This document shows positions 25,288-32,446 of a stretch of DNA of 43,770 nt, piece after piece. The stretch is from a virus. The DNA lies in the IMG/VR virus record IMGVR_UViG_3300045988_064273; one strand, 5' to 3'. Under the pieces are notes generated by a model. The model saw nothing but the letters and a program-made list of their open reading frames with translations, was not told where the DNA came from and did not search any database. The translations under genes were made by a program, and so were the position numbers. Each line of letters opens with the position of its first letter. The stretch's first letter is position 1.

Positions 25288-26716
25288 CCTTTTTGTATTG
25301 GTTCAGTGGGTCTGACAATATAACTTTCGGTTTTTGAGGTATTATCGGGCTTATCGGTCTTGCCATACACATATAACGCCATTCATCGCCTACGTGGTCT
25401 TCCATCGACGTGTCCAAATCTTCGGGCTTGTGTTCATCGTACATCAGCAGCGGTATAGTACGGATAAACGCCTTGCAGTTGTCAAACACATACATGCGCG
25501 GATAACCGTTATCGTCAAATTGCAGTCGGTAATGGCATTGCATCCAGCCTGCAAGCCGCTTGTTGTCGCCGGGGTCGAAGTACACACCGTATTTCTCGGC
25601 GGTCTCCGCGACCGACACGCCGCGCGACACATCCCATATTGACGGGTCAGCAACACCAAGTATCTTGCGCCCTTTAAGCCATGGGTGCGTCTGCTCCGTC
25701 TCGCGGATGCGCTTAAACTGTTCGTCGGGTGTCCACTTGACACCTTCATTCGGCGTATCTGTGCAGCCGTACAGTTCCAAAACACGATACAGCACGCCGT
25801 CATAGTCGATAGCCCACCATGCGCAACTAAACGGCTTGTTATAGCCGAAGTCGTATGACCTGTATATCGTCCAGCCACGCGCCGCGCCTTCGTTCAGGTC
25901 AAACGCCGGTATAACATGCGTAAATCTGCGCTGTGCAATAGCTTCTTCCTGCGTTATCCCTGCCTTTGCGCACAGTTGCGCATCCGGGCGCGTTCTGAAA
26001 TCTTCAAAGAATGCGCCGTCGAATATATCCCATTCGCCCTCCAACCACGCCTTACGCAGCTTAGGCGGCAGGGCTTCAAGCTTTTTTATATAGTCGGGGT
26101 CTGCATCCATCAGCGGCTTGTTATCCGTGACCTTGCTTTGAATGAATGAATAGTCCTCCGGGTTCTCCCCATCGGTATAGGCGCGGTCTATCGCCAGCCG
26201 TTTCACCCAACTGTGACCCACACCGCCGGGGTTACATGTAACATATATCCGCCGTGGGAAATCATTCGCGCCACGCACGCAGGCCGAGAGCTTCCTAAAC
26301 CGTTCTTCGGTTTGGTGGGTACCTTCGTCCAAAAACAGAATATCCGTTTCTGTGCCCTGAAAGCGTTCTGCATCCTTGTCGGTATCGCAGTACCTAAACA
26401 ATATTCTACTGCCGTTCGGGAATGTAATGGCCTTCTTCTGATCGTTATAGCTTGCCATGCGCTGTGATTTATCAGCATCATAGCAATGCAGATCGCGTGT
26501 CAGAGGTACTATGTGGTTTTCCTGCAATTCCGGGTATGTTTTACGCACGATCATTGCTGTTATCCCCGGAAACTTGAAGCAGTACAGCACCGCCGAGACG
26601 CGCACGACGAAGCTTTTGCCGCCGCCGCGTGCGCCGCCGAAAAACACAACATGCGTCCTATCCTTTAAAAATTCCTGTTGTGTAGGGCTTAGGTAGTCGA
26701 TTTTGTATTCAGGCAT
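25259..26716 (-). CDS. terL: Terminase large subunit
   Basis: Walker A FFGGARGGGKS and Walker B-like ILFLDEGTH, with a C-terminal nuclease-type region. Confidence 0.92.
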   Translation of the reverse strand: MPEYKIDYLSPTQQEFLKDRTHVVFFGGARGGGKSFVVRVSAVLYCFKFPGITAMIVRKTYPELQENHIVPLTRDLHCYDADKSQRMASYNDQKKAITFPNGSRILFRYCDTDKDAERFQGTETDILFLDEGTHQTEERFRKLSACVRGANDFPRRIYVTCNPGGVGHSWVKRLAIDRAYTDGENPEDYSFIQSKVTDNKPLMDADPDYIKKLEALPPKLRKAWLEGEWDIFDGAFFEDFRTRPDAQLCAKAGITQEEAIAQRRFTHVIPAFDLNEGAARGWTIYRSYDFGYNKPFSCAWWAIDYDGVLYRVLELYGCTDTPNEGVKWTPDEQFKRIRETEQTHPWLKGRKILGVADPSIWDVSRGVSVAETAEKYGVYFDPGDNKRLAGWMQCHYRLQFDDNGYPRMYVFDNCKAFIRTIPLLMYDEHKPEDLDTSMEDHVGDEWRYMCMARPISPIIPQKPKVILSDPLNQYKKDGYKANGYH

Positions 26717-26718
26717 GG

Positions 26719-27228
26719 TTATTTACCGCAGAAATCATCGGCACCGGCAATGATAACGCGCACCGGCTCAGGCTGTGCTTCTCCTGCTGCCTGGCGTTCA
26801 AGGTTTTTGATACGCGCTTCCTGTTCGCGTTTATCAGCATCGGATTTAACACCCTGGATTTCCGCAAGGTCTTTCATTGCGCCTGTAAGGCTTTTCAGGC
26901 CGCGTTTATCCTTTATAATATCCGCATCCGTTAACTGTGCTACAGCGCTGCATAGCTTGCTTGACAGCAGCCCAGCAGCTTCTAACAGGCTTTTATATTC
27001 CTGATAGTCAATTTCCAGCTGTGCTTTGATACGGTCTGCGCCCTTGGCCGCGCTATACTGCGTCCGCTTCTGCGCCCATTTTTCTCTTTCTGCGCGTTTC
27101 CTCAAAGTGCTGTAAGAAACGTTGTGTTTCTCGGCAAGCGGCCTTGTGCCTATGTCGGTAGTAATATATTCAGTTTTGATATCATCCCATTTGCTCATGC
27201 CTTTATAATAATGTAGGTGGCGCTGCAT
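26719..27228 (-). CDS. terS: Terminase small subunit (HTH)
   Basis: GTRPLAEKHNVSYSTLRKRAEREKW HTH, directly upstream of terL. An alternative start is 27198 (MSKWDD). Confidence 0.6.
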   Translation of the reverse strand: MQRHLHYYKGMSKWDDIKTEYITTDIGTRPLAEKHNVSYSTLRKRAEREKWAQKRTQYSAAKGADRIKAQLEIDYQEYKSLLEAAGLLSSKLCSAVAQLTDADIIKDKRGLKSLTGAMKDLAEIQGVKSDADKREQEARIKNLERQAAGEAQPEPVRVIIAGADDFCGK

Positions 27229-27243
27229 TAATCAGCCCCACCT
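27215..27243 (-). promoter_or_regulatory. Hairpin enclosing the terS SD and first ATG
   Basis: - strand AGGTGGGGCTG-attaatg-CAGCGCCACCT (10 of 11 bp). ATG 27228 sits in the loop and the SD in the 5' arm. Confidence 0.5.
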
Positions 27244-27262
27244 TGCACACTTTTTTAGTTTT
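27232..27262 (-). repeat. Late-junction element, copy c (AAAACTAAAAAA-GTGTGC-AAGGTGGGGCTGA)
   Basis: See 23019-23050. Lies immediately upstream of terS. Confidence 0.7.
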
Positions 27263-27347
27263 ATATGCAAATCGCATAAAATCCATGTCGATGATTTGTG
27301 CATTTTGCTGTTTTAATATTTTTTATGTCTAATCGGCTAAAAAGTGC

Positions 27348-27376
27348 TTGGCAAATTAGCCTAATAGGACTATAAT
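27348..27376 (+). promoter_or_regulatory. Near-consensus sigma-70-type promoter of the inverted cassette
   Basis: TTGGCA, 17-nt spacer, TATAAT. Confidence 0.6.
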
Positions 27377-27421
27377 AGAATCATCAAGAGGGAAATGACA
27401 AAAACAAAAGGAGAAATTAAA

Positions 27422-27649
27422 ATGAATATTCCGAACGAATTAGAGATCATAAACATTATGAAAACCGGCTGCAAGAAAGCTCACATAGCGCAGTGCCTGA
27501 GCGACGCGAGCATGCACGACGAGATTAAATATGATTATTTCGGCCAGCGTGTGCAACGCGGCGAGACGCTGCTCCACACCAAGAACGGAGATTTTACTCT
27601 GAAATTCCGAGCCGAAAACGGTTGGCTGACTTACGCCGAAGTCATTTAA
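27422..27649 (+). CDS. Hypothetical protein (75 aa), cassette gene 1
   Basis: SD AAAGGAG 8 nt before ATG 27422; the ORF track start is 27395. Confidence 0.6.
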   Translation: MNIPNELEIINIMKTGCKKAHIAQCLSDASMHDEIKYDYFGQRVQRGETLLHTKNGDFTLKFRAENGWLTYAEVI

Positions 27650-27662
27650 ACGGAGGAAGAAA

Positions 27663-27878
27663 ATGAATTACTATTCTTATCAGGAATTAAAGGCCGCTGT
27701 TATGGCCAACCCCACCGCCGAAAACGTCAACGCACTCGGCGAATGGTTTTCAAGCCACGGAAACGATTATTGGAATGGCGAATACTACGACGCAGACGAT
27801 TTTGCAGTATGGCCAATGTGCAAAGAAGTCGAAGAAGACGAATTTGAAATCACCGGATATGAAATCCGGTCGCTGTGA
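27663..27878 (+). CDS. Hypothetical strongly acidic protein (71 aa), cassette gene 2
   Basis: SD GGAGGAAG. Asp/Glu-rich (EEDEFE, YYDADD). Confidence 0.6.
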   Translation: MNYYSYQELKAAVMANPTAENVNALGEWFSSHGNDYWNGEYYDADDFAVWPMCKEVEEDEFEITGYEIRSL

Positions 27879-27941
27879 GTTGAGTTGATGATTGGCATTT
27901 CCCGACCGAGAAGTTTTGGATAAGCAAGGAGGAACGCTAAC

Positions 27942-28286
27942 ATGCGATTGACTGATAAACAGTTTGGGCAAATGTTTGCCGATGCTAATAGCATTAACGA
28001 CCGTGATGCTTTTATGTACGATTGGGCATTATCTGATATTTGGGGCGATGCCCCGGAAACCGATATTCCGGCCGACCGCATAGACGCTATCACCCACATA
28101 TGGGATTTGGCGCACACTTCAATTAATGACATCATTACCACGTCCGGCTTGTCTATCACGAATTTCGCTGCAACCTACGCGATACCATATAGCACAGTGC
28201 AACATTGGCGGTCAGGCGTTAATACTTGTCCGGTTTATCTTCGGCTGCTTTTAATCCGCTCGATCGGCTGCTACAAATTTAAATAA
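27942..28286 (+). CDS. Hypothetical protein (114 aa) with a C-terminal HTH-like segment, cassette gene 3
   Basis: SD AGGAGGAA. NFAATYAIPYSTVQHWRSGVNTCPVYLRLLL. Confidence 0.6.
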   Translation: MRLTDKQFGQMFADANSINDRDAFMYDWALSDIWGDAPETDIPADRIDAITHIWDLAHTSINDIITTSGLSITNFAATYAIPYSTVQHWRSGVNTCPVYLRLLLIRSIGCYKFK

Positions 28287-28290
28287 AAAC

Positions 28291-28318
28291 AAGGGTAACG
28301 CTTAATGCGCTACCCTTT
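28291..28318. terminator. Bidirectional terminator between convergent units
   Basis: AAGGGTAACGC-ttaat-GCGCTACCCTT (1 mismatch), with T-rich tracts on both strands. Confidence 0.7.
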
Positions 28319-28544
28319 AGTATTTTTCCGCTAATGTGATCTTGTAGACCGGGCATTGTGCGTACTGTGTGCAGCAGTATTTGGACACATACACCCGGCG
28401 TTTCTGCTCGTCGCCTTTAAACCACAGCTGCAATCTTGCGTCACCGCATGGGCCTTCACAAAATATCTTGTTCTCACGCGCCGAGCCTTTTGACCAAAAC
28501 GGGCATTTTGCCCGACTGTCATAATATCCGTCAGCGCCCCTCAT
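28317..28544 (-). CDS. Small Cys-rich protein (75 aa), last early gene
   Basis: Start moved to MRGADGYY. Contains CPFW..CEGPCGD..CC..C. Confidence 0.5.
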   Translation of the reverse strand: MRGADGYYDSRAKCPFWSKGSARENKIFCEGPCGDARLQLWFKGDEQKRRVYVSKYCCTQYAQCPVYKITLAEKY

Positions 28545-28755
28545 GCAGCGTGTACCTCGCGTACCGTGTCGGGATGCCGTAACGGTTAAGTCCGGTCTCC
28601 ATCGTTGTTTCAACGTCATAGCCGCGTTTGCGAAGATCAAACACGCGCCCGGATGCCCTGCCTATGCCGTAGTCATACATTGCCTCACGGCTTGTTATGC
28701 TGCCGTGTTCGCGCATGTGATTTAACATCATTTCGCACTGGCTTTGAATTATCAT
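28531..28755 (-). CDS. Winged-helix DNA-binding protein (74 aa)
   Basis: SITSREAMYDYGIGRASGRVFDLRKRGY. ATGA overlap with the upstream gene. Confidence 0.6.
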   Translation of the reverse strand: MIIQSQCEMMLNHMREHGSITSREAMYDYGIGRASGRVFDLRKRGYDVETTMETGLNRYGIPTRYARYTLHEGR

Positions 28756-28967
28756 GTCCCGCGATACCTCCAACTTTTTTTAGTCGTAAATGTCTTTACC
28801 GCCCTTGCGCGTTTTATGTAACCAGTCACCAGCAGCTCCCTTGCCGGGTATTCATTCCGCGCCGCCGCCTTGCGTTTATCATTCTCCGCGCAAAACGCCT
28901 GATAGCTGCTGCAATTGGCGTGGCAGCCTATGCGGCGCACTGTGCAGCCTTTACAGTCGTTAGTCAT
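28752..28967 (-). CDS. Small Cys-rich protein (71 aa)
   Basis: MTNDCKGCTVRRIGCHANCSSYQAFC. ATGA overlap with the upstream gene. Confidence 0.55.
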   Translation of the reverse strand: MTNDCKGCTVRRIGCHANCSSYQAFCAENDKRKAAARNEYPARELLVTGYIKRARAVKTFTTKKSWRYRGT

Positions 28968-29260
28968 CTTTTTGTAAATTCTTTGGGTGCAAAAGCAGCG
29001 CACCAGCCGTTACGCTTATCGCAACGCGGCACACAACAGTATTCGCAGCACCAGTCGTAATAGCTGTGCTCACTCCTGCGGCATATCTCGCGCACAACGG
29101 TTTTATAGTCGCGTATCACATCTTGATAGTATGCGATTGCCCGTTCCCGCTTTTTTATGTCGCGTTCCGCTATGGATATCGCATCATTAAGCATTTCATC
29201 GGGGCAACCATTAAGCAGCCTCATCACCCACATTCCCAGTTTATGCAGTAGTTTTTTCAT
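28964..29260 (-). CDS. Small protein (98 aa) with a Cys-rich C-terminus
   Basis: Start moved to MKKLLHK. C-terminal YYDWCCEYCCVPRCDKRNGWC. Confidence 0.55.
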   Translation of the reverse strand: MKKLLHKLGMWVMRLLNGCPDEMLNDAISIAERDIKKRERAIAYYQDVIRDYKTVVREICRRSEHSYYDWCCEYCCVPRCDKRNGWCAAFAPKEFTKR

Positions 29261-29264
29261 GTCT

Positions 29265-29618
29265 TCACCACGCCTTTCCCGATTTTTCGTTGCGTTCCGG
29301 CAAGTCAACCAGTTCCGGGCGCTTGATTTCCTGTTCAACTCCCCATGCGATATTCCACATGGCCGCTATCAGGTGATGATCTTCCGCATCGCCCTGAATA
29401 TATAGGCTTAAATGCCGGATAGCACTGTCTATCAAGCTGTGCTGCGGTATACCCTTGTCAACGTTTCTCTCGCCATAGTGCTCAGCGCCGCGCTCGCAGT
29501 GCTGAGCAAGGGCGTGTATCGCGCCCCACGGCAGCAAATCATAGCGGCCTTTCCCGTCGGCCTTATCTCTCACTGCGCCGGTAGAAAACTCGCGGCGTTC
29601 ATCTTTTTCGAATTTCAC
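29265..29618 (-). CDS. DUF5664-like protein (dATP/dGTP diphosphohydrolase N-terminal-domain-like)
   Basis: GTG start with SD GGGAGGA. STGAVRDKADGKGRYDLLPW...HYGERN...RHL..Y..GD..DHHLIAA.WN. Confidence 0.55.
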   Translation of the reverse strand: MKFEKDERREFSTGAVRDKADGKGRYDLLPWGAIHALAQHCERGAEHYGERNVDKGIPQHSLIDSAIRHLSLYIQGDAEDHHLIAAMWNIAWGVEQEIKRPELVDLPERNEKSGKAW

Positions 29619-29760
29619 TATCCTCCCACCTTTCGCCGATATCTTCTAAAAAGTGCAGAAATTCATGCGTATCTGCGCAATAATATTGTTTGCCGTTAAC
29701 GGTAACCGTGTAGCTGCCGTCGTGGTTGCTTTTGGCTTCCCAGCCTACGTTTTTAGCCAT
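29599..29760 (-). CDS. Small ORF (53 aa) absent from the ORF track
   Basis: MAKNVGWEAKSNHDGSYTVTVNGKQYYCADTHEFLHFLEDIGERWEDSEIRKR. TAATG overlap with the upstream stop; fills an otherwise empty gap. Confidence 0.45.
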   Translation of the reverse strand: MAKNVGWEAKSNHDGSYTVTVNGKQYYCADTHEFLHFLEDIGERWEDSEIRKR

Positions 29761-30083
29761 TATCGCCTACCATACCTTTCATCGAATGGCGAGAAGTTAT
29801 CCTCGCCCACTATTTCACGGATACGACGATCAAGGACGCTTTTTGCATATACGATCTCGTCGTCGGCCTTGCTGTCTTCCACCACCAATTCAGCGATTTC
29901 GTTTGCGTATTTAACAAACGCCTCGCCAAACGCCCGGGCGCGCCCTGCGCCCAAGCCCAGCACTTCATTAGCGGCCATAAACGCCGCGTCCTCCGCAAGC
30001 TGCATGCGGTTGCGCCCGTAAAGCTGTAACTGAATGTTCACTTCACGCTGCACGGCTTTTGCAAATGCTGATTGCTTACCCAT
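29760..30083 (-). CDS. Hypothetical protein (107 aa)
   Basis: ORF in the coupled gene string. Confidence 0.6.
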   Translation of the reverse strand: MGKQSAFAKAVQREVNIQLQLYGRNRMQLAEDAAFMAANEVLGLGAGRARAFGEAFVKYANEIAELVVEDSKADDEIVYAKSVLDRRIREIVGEDNFSPFDERYGRR

Positions 30084-30237
30084 GCTTAGTCACCACCTTA
30101 AATCGCTTTGTATACGGTTCAAAGTCCAGCGGCAGGCAATTCAACTGCGCCGGTGTGTTCATTCTGCAATCGCTTAGCGGACATTTAAAGCAGCTATCGC
30201 TATAAATGCAGCGCTTGGTTTTTTCACGTGTGCGCAT
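30076..30237 (-). CDS. Small Cys-rich ORF (53 aa) absent from the ORF track; paralog of 32373-32585
   Basis: SD GGAGG 7 nt upstream. MRTREKTKRCIYSDSCFKCPLSDCRMN... Confidence 0.55.
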   Translation of the reverse strand: MRTREKTKRCIYSDSCFKCPLSDCRMNTPAQLNCLPLDFEPYTKRFKVVTKHG

Positions 30238-30252
30238 TGTCAGTCCTCCTTT

Positions 30253-30561
30253 TTATTCTTCCCATTCAAGCGCTTGCCCACAGTGAATGCAAAAAGCAAA
30301 CGGAAAAAGCTCTCGATGCGATTGTTCGCAGCTTGGGCACTCGCAATCATAGATTGTGTAACCATCGTTATTGTCTATTGCAAAGTTCGTCGGATTTTTC
30401 GGTATCTGCTTATCAAGCGCAGCGCAAGCCACCAAGCAAGCCTCATCAACTGCGGCGATTTCTGCGTTCTTGCCGCTGAACCCGCTGTAATATTCGATTT
30501 CTGCAAGCGCTTCTGCCGTAGTGTCGGGGTGTATAATCCTTTTCGCTTCTGCTACTGTCAT
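30253..30561 (-). CDS. Hypothetical protein (102 aa) with a C-terminal zinc ribbon
   Basis: CECPSC...CIHCG. Confidence 0.6.
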   Translation of the reverse strand: MTVAEAKRIIHPDTTAEALAEIEYYSGFSGKNAEIAAVDEACLVACAALDKQIPKNPTNFAIDNNDGYTIYDCECPSCEQSHRELFPFAFCIHCGQALEWEE

Positions 30562-30740
30562 TCGCTCACCTCGCTGTTTCGCTCTACGATTTCGGCAATC
30601 GTCTGTGCTATGCGTAAACCTGTTATGATGCCTTTTTCGTATTCGTTAGGCTCGCCCGATGAAAACCAATCGAGAAAATCTAAGATTTCAAGCGAAATGC
30701 TCTTTTCGGGCTTATGCATTGTTGCCACCTCTGCTGTCAT
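30558..30740 (-). CDS. Hypothetical small protein (60 aa)
   Basis: Start moved to MTAEVATM by a TAATG overlap; the ORF extends to 30875. Confidence 0.45.
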   Translation of the reverse strand: MTAEVATMHKPEKSISLEILDFLDWFSSGEPNEYEKGIITGLRIAQTIAEIVERNSEVSE

Positions 30741-31087
30741 TAGTCCTCGCCTTCGTCCATCCTCGCCCCGCAGTTGGGGCAGAATTTTGTGTGTTCTGTC
30801 ACATAAATGCACGGGTTTGTGTGACAGACTGAACACTCCCAGTAATGCCCCGCCCCGATGTGCCTTAGAATCCACTGCCCATGCACCACCGGCACATAGC
30901 CCATCTGCACCGCCATGCGCTTAAACTCGCTTTTTGTCGGTTCGTGGACAGCAGGCGCACACTTAATGCGCTCAATAACTTTGCGAGCGCCTCGCATTTC
31001 TGCGCTCGTTATTTTTTCTCTTGCCGTGTATACCACTGATTGTTCGATGTCATGTAACAGCGCTTCACGCTCTATGTATTCAGCCAT
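30740..31087 (-). CDS. Hypothetical protein (115 aa) with a C-terminal zinc ribbon
   Basis: CSVCH...CPNCGARM. Confidence 0.6.
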   Translation of the reverse strand: MAEYIEREALLHDIEQSVVYTAREKITSAEMRGARKVIERIKCAPAVHEPTKSEFKRMAVQMGYVPVVHGQWILRHIGAGHYWECSVCHTNPCIYVTEHTKFCPNCGARMDEGED

Positions 31088-31277
31088 TGTCGCCCTCGCT
31101 TTCTGCCTGATTTTTCAGGTTTCCCCACGCTGTGTAGCAACTCGGGCACAGATGGTTTCGACCAAATTCACCCCATCCATACGGTAGCCTATAGCTAAAG
31201 CTGCAATCATATCGTTCAGCCAGTTTGATTGCTCCGCAGTGATCGCAGATGAAAATTTTTCTCTTAACTAATGACAT
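31080..31277 (-). CDS. Small zinc-ribbon protein (65 aa)
   Basis: Start moved to MSLVKRK (SD GGAGG). CDHCG...CPSC. Confidence 0.55.
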   Translation of the reverse strand: MSLVKRKIFICDHCGAIKLAERYDCSFSYRLPYGWGEFGRNHLCPSCYTAWGNLKNQAESEGDNG

Positions 31278-31348
31278 TGCTAATCCTCCATTCCGAACAG
31301 CCGCCGTTGTATTTCCACACACAGCGGTCACATTTTCCATAGCATGGT

Positions 31349-31528
31349 TTAGTCATCGTCATTCTCCTTTCCGCTAAGCCACGCACGCAGCTTGTGTGCG
31401 CACGAAATGCACAGCTCGTAGTCGTCGTCGTTTATTTCCATTTTAAACCGCCGCGTTCCTGCGTAGGTCACGGAGCTCTTTGGGTTTATCTCCGCGCCGC
31501 AGCGGTCACAGATCAGTTTTGTCGCCAC
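31349..31528 (-). CDS. Small zinc-ribbon ORF (59 aa, GTG start) absent from the ORF track
   Basis: SD AGGAGGG 7 nt before the GTG. VATKLICDRCG...CISCAHKL. Confidence 0.5.
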   Translation of the reverse strand: MATKLICDRCGAEINPKSSVTYAGTRRFKMEINDDDYELCISCAHKLRAWLSGKENDDD

Positions 31529-31712
31529 TGTCAGCCCTCCTATTCCATGCTTTGATTGCTTCTCCCAATGTTTCTTTTTCTTTGGTACAATAACTGCATC
31601 TTGGACAAGAAATACGATATGTAATTTGATTGCTCCGAAAATGGCCGTATGGTATTATTCTGCCATGATTATAGTCGCATTTTTTACACGGCATTAAAGT
31701 AAAATTGCTCAT
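31506..31712 (-). CDS. lar: Lar-family restriction-alleviation-like protein (68 aa)
   Basis: CKKC ... CPRCSYC ... LGEAIKAWNRRA matches the Lar hallmark C-x2-C...C-x2-C...EAI..WNRR. Confidence 0.6.
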   Translation of the reverse strand: MSNFTLMPCKKCDYNHGRIIPYGHFRSNQITYRISCPRCSYCTKEKETLGEAIKAWNRRADSGDKTDL

Positions 31713-31912
31713 TTTTTATCCTCATATTGTATGTATTCATTAGAACCTTCAAATATGCAATCTTCACATCTGCCTGTCCAATTCCAGCAACTTTTACAGG
31801 ATTTAGGAACGTCATATCCAGCATCCTCATACCAATCAATTGCTTTAGATAGGGCTTTAGGACAATGGCCATTTATACATTCATTGGCGCAAAAACCAGC
31901 ACATCTTGCCAT
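31709..31912 (-). CDS. Small Cys-rich protein (67 aa)
   Basis: Start moved to MARCAGFCANEC by a TGATG overlap. Contains 10 Cys. Confidence 0.55.
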   Translation of the reverse strand: MARCAGFCANECINGHCPKALSKAIDWYEDAGYDVPKSCKSCWNWTGRCEDCIFEGSNEYIQYEDKK

Positions 31913-32130
31913 CACTCCACCTCCTGCATCCAGAACTCTCGGCGACAGTCGGAGCAGAGACGGCCAAAAGTCGAGCAACAGCCGTCAGCATCTCTATGAG
32001 CCGCGGAAACCTCAAGCGGGCGCATTTCCAAATATCCATCTTCGTGAACATATGCCTCCGGGTACTGCTCCAGGAACACGCTCTGCCGCTCTCTGATAAA
32101 TTCAATAGCGTCCATCACATTTCCCTCCAT
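31912..32130 (-). CDS. Hypothetical small protein (72 aa)
   Basis: ORF with C-terminal GCCSTFGRLCSDC. Confidence 0.55.
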   Translation of the reverse strand: MEGNVMDAIEFIRERQSVFLEQYPEAYVHEDGYLEMRPLEVSAAHRDADGCCSTFGRLCSDCRREFWMQEVE

Positions 32131-32185
32131 TTCTATCCATTTCTATTTGCACGGACGGTGCAAGTATTTCGGCTTTCGCAAGGTT

Positions 32186-32446
32186 TTAGTTGCCATCGTT
32201 TACCTCCTTCGGCTGATTTTTTGAAAAATAATATTCCTTCACGCATTCAACGCATGGTTTGTTTTCATAATTGCCGTCATTTTGCGGTTGGTATTTCAAG
32301 TGCAATTTTGTCGGTATTTCATCGCAGAGCCAATAATCAACTCTCCCGAACGCTACAAGGTCTTCTGCTATTTCATGATAAGCAGCTCTCAGCGCTTCGT
32401 TTTCGCGCCTTAGGTTTTGGATTGTTAAATCTTTTTCTGTCATCAT
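32186..32446 (-). CDS. Hypothetical protein (86 aa)
   Basis: SD GAAAGGA upstream. Coiled N-terminus and C-terminal CVEC. Confidence 0.6.
   Translation of the reverse strand: MMTEKDLTIQNLRRENEALRAAYHEIAEDLVAFGRVDYWLCDEIPTKLHLKYQPQNDGNYENKPCVECVKEYYFSKNQPKEVNDGN

Noticed and set aside
27395-27421. Upstream ATG (27395) as the start of cassette gene 1
   Set aside because: The GAGGG is only 2 nt from that ATG, whereas ATG 27422 has AAAGGAG at an 8-nt spacing. The longer form cannot be excluded.
29265-29618. A DUF5664/MazZ-N-like gene as evidence for a 2-aminoadenine (Z-base) genome
   Set aside because: No PurZ-like adenylosuccinate-synthetase homologue or DatZ-like dATPase is present anywhere in the phage. 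The domain is widespread in ordinary phages.
30274-30924. 216-aa + ORF, together with 31906-32610 (234 aa), 32816-33535 (239 aa) and 37032-37817 (261 aa)
   Set aside because: Each spans several well-coupled - strand genes in antisense. The compositions are typical of antisense frames, and none has an SD or promoter.
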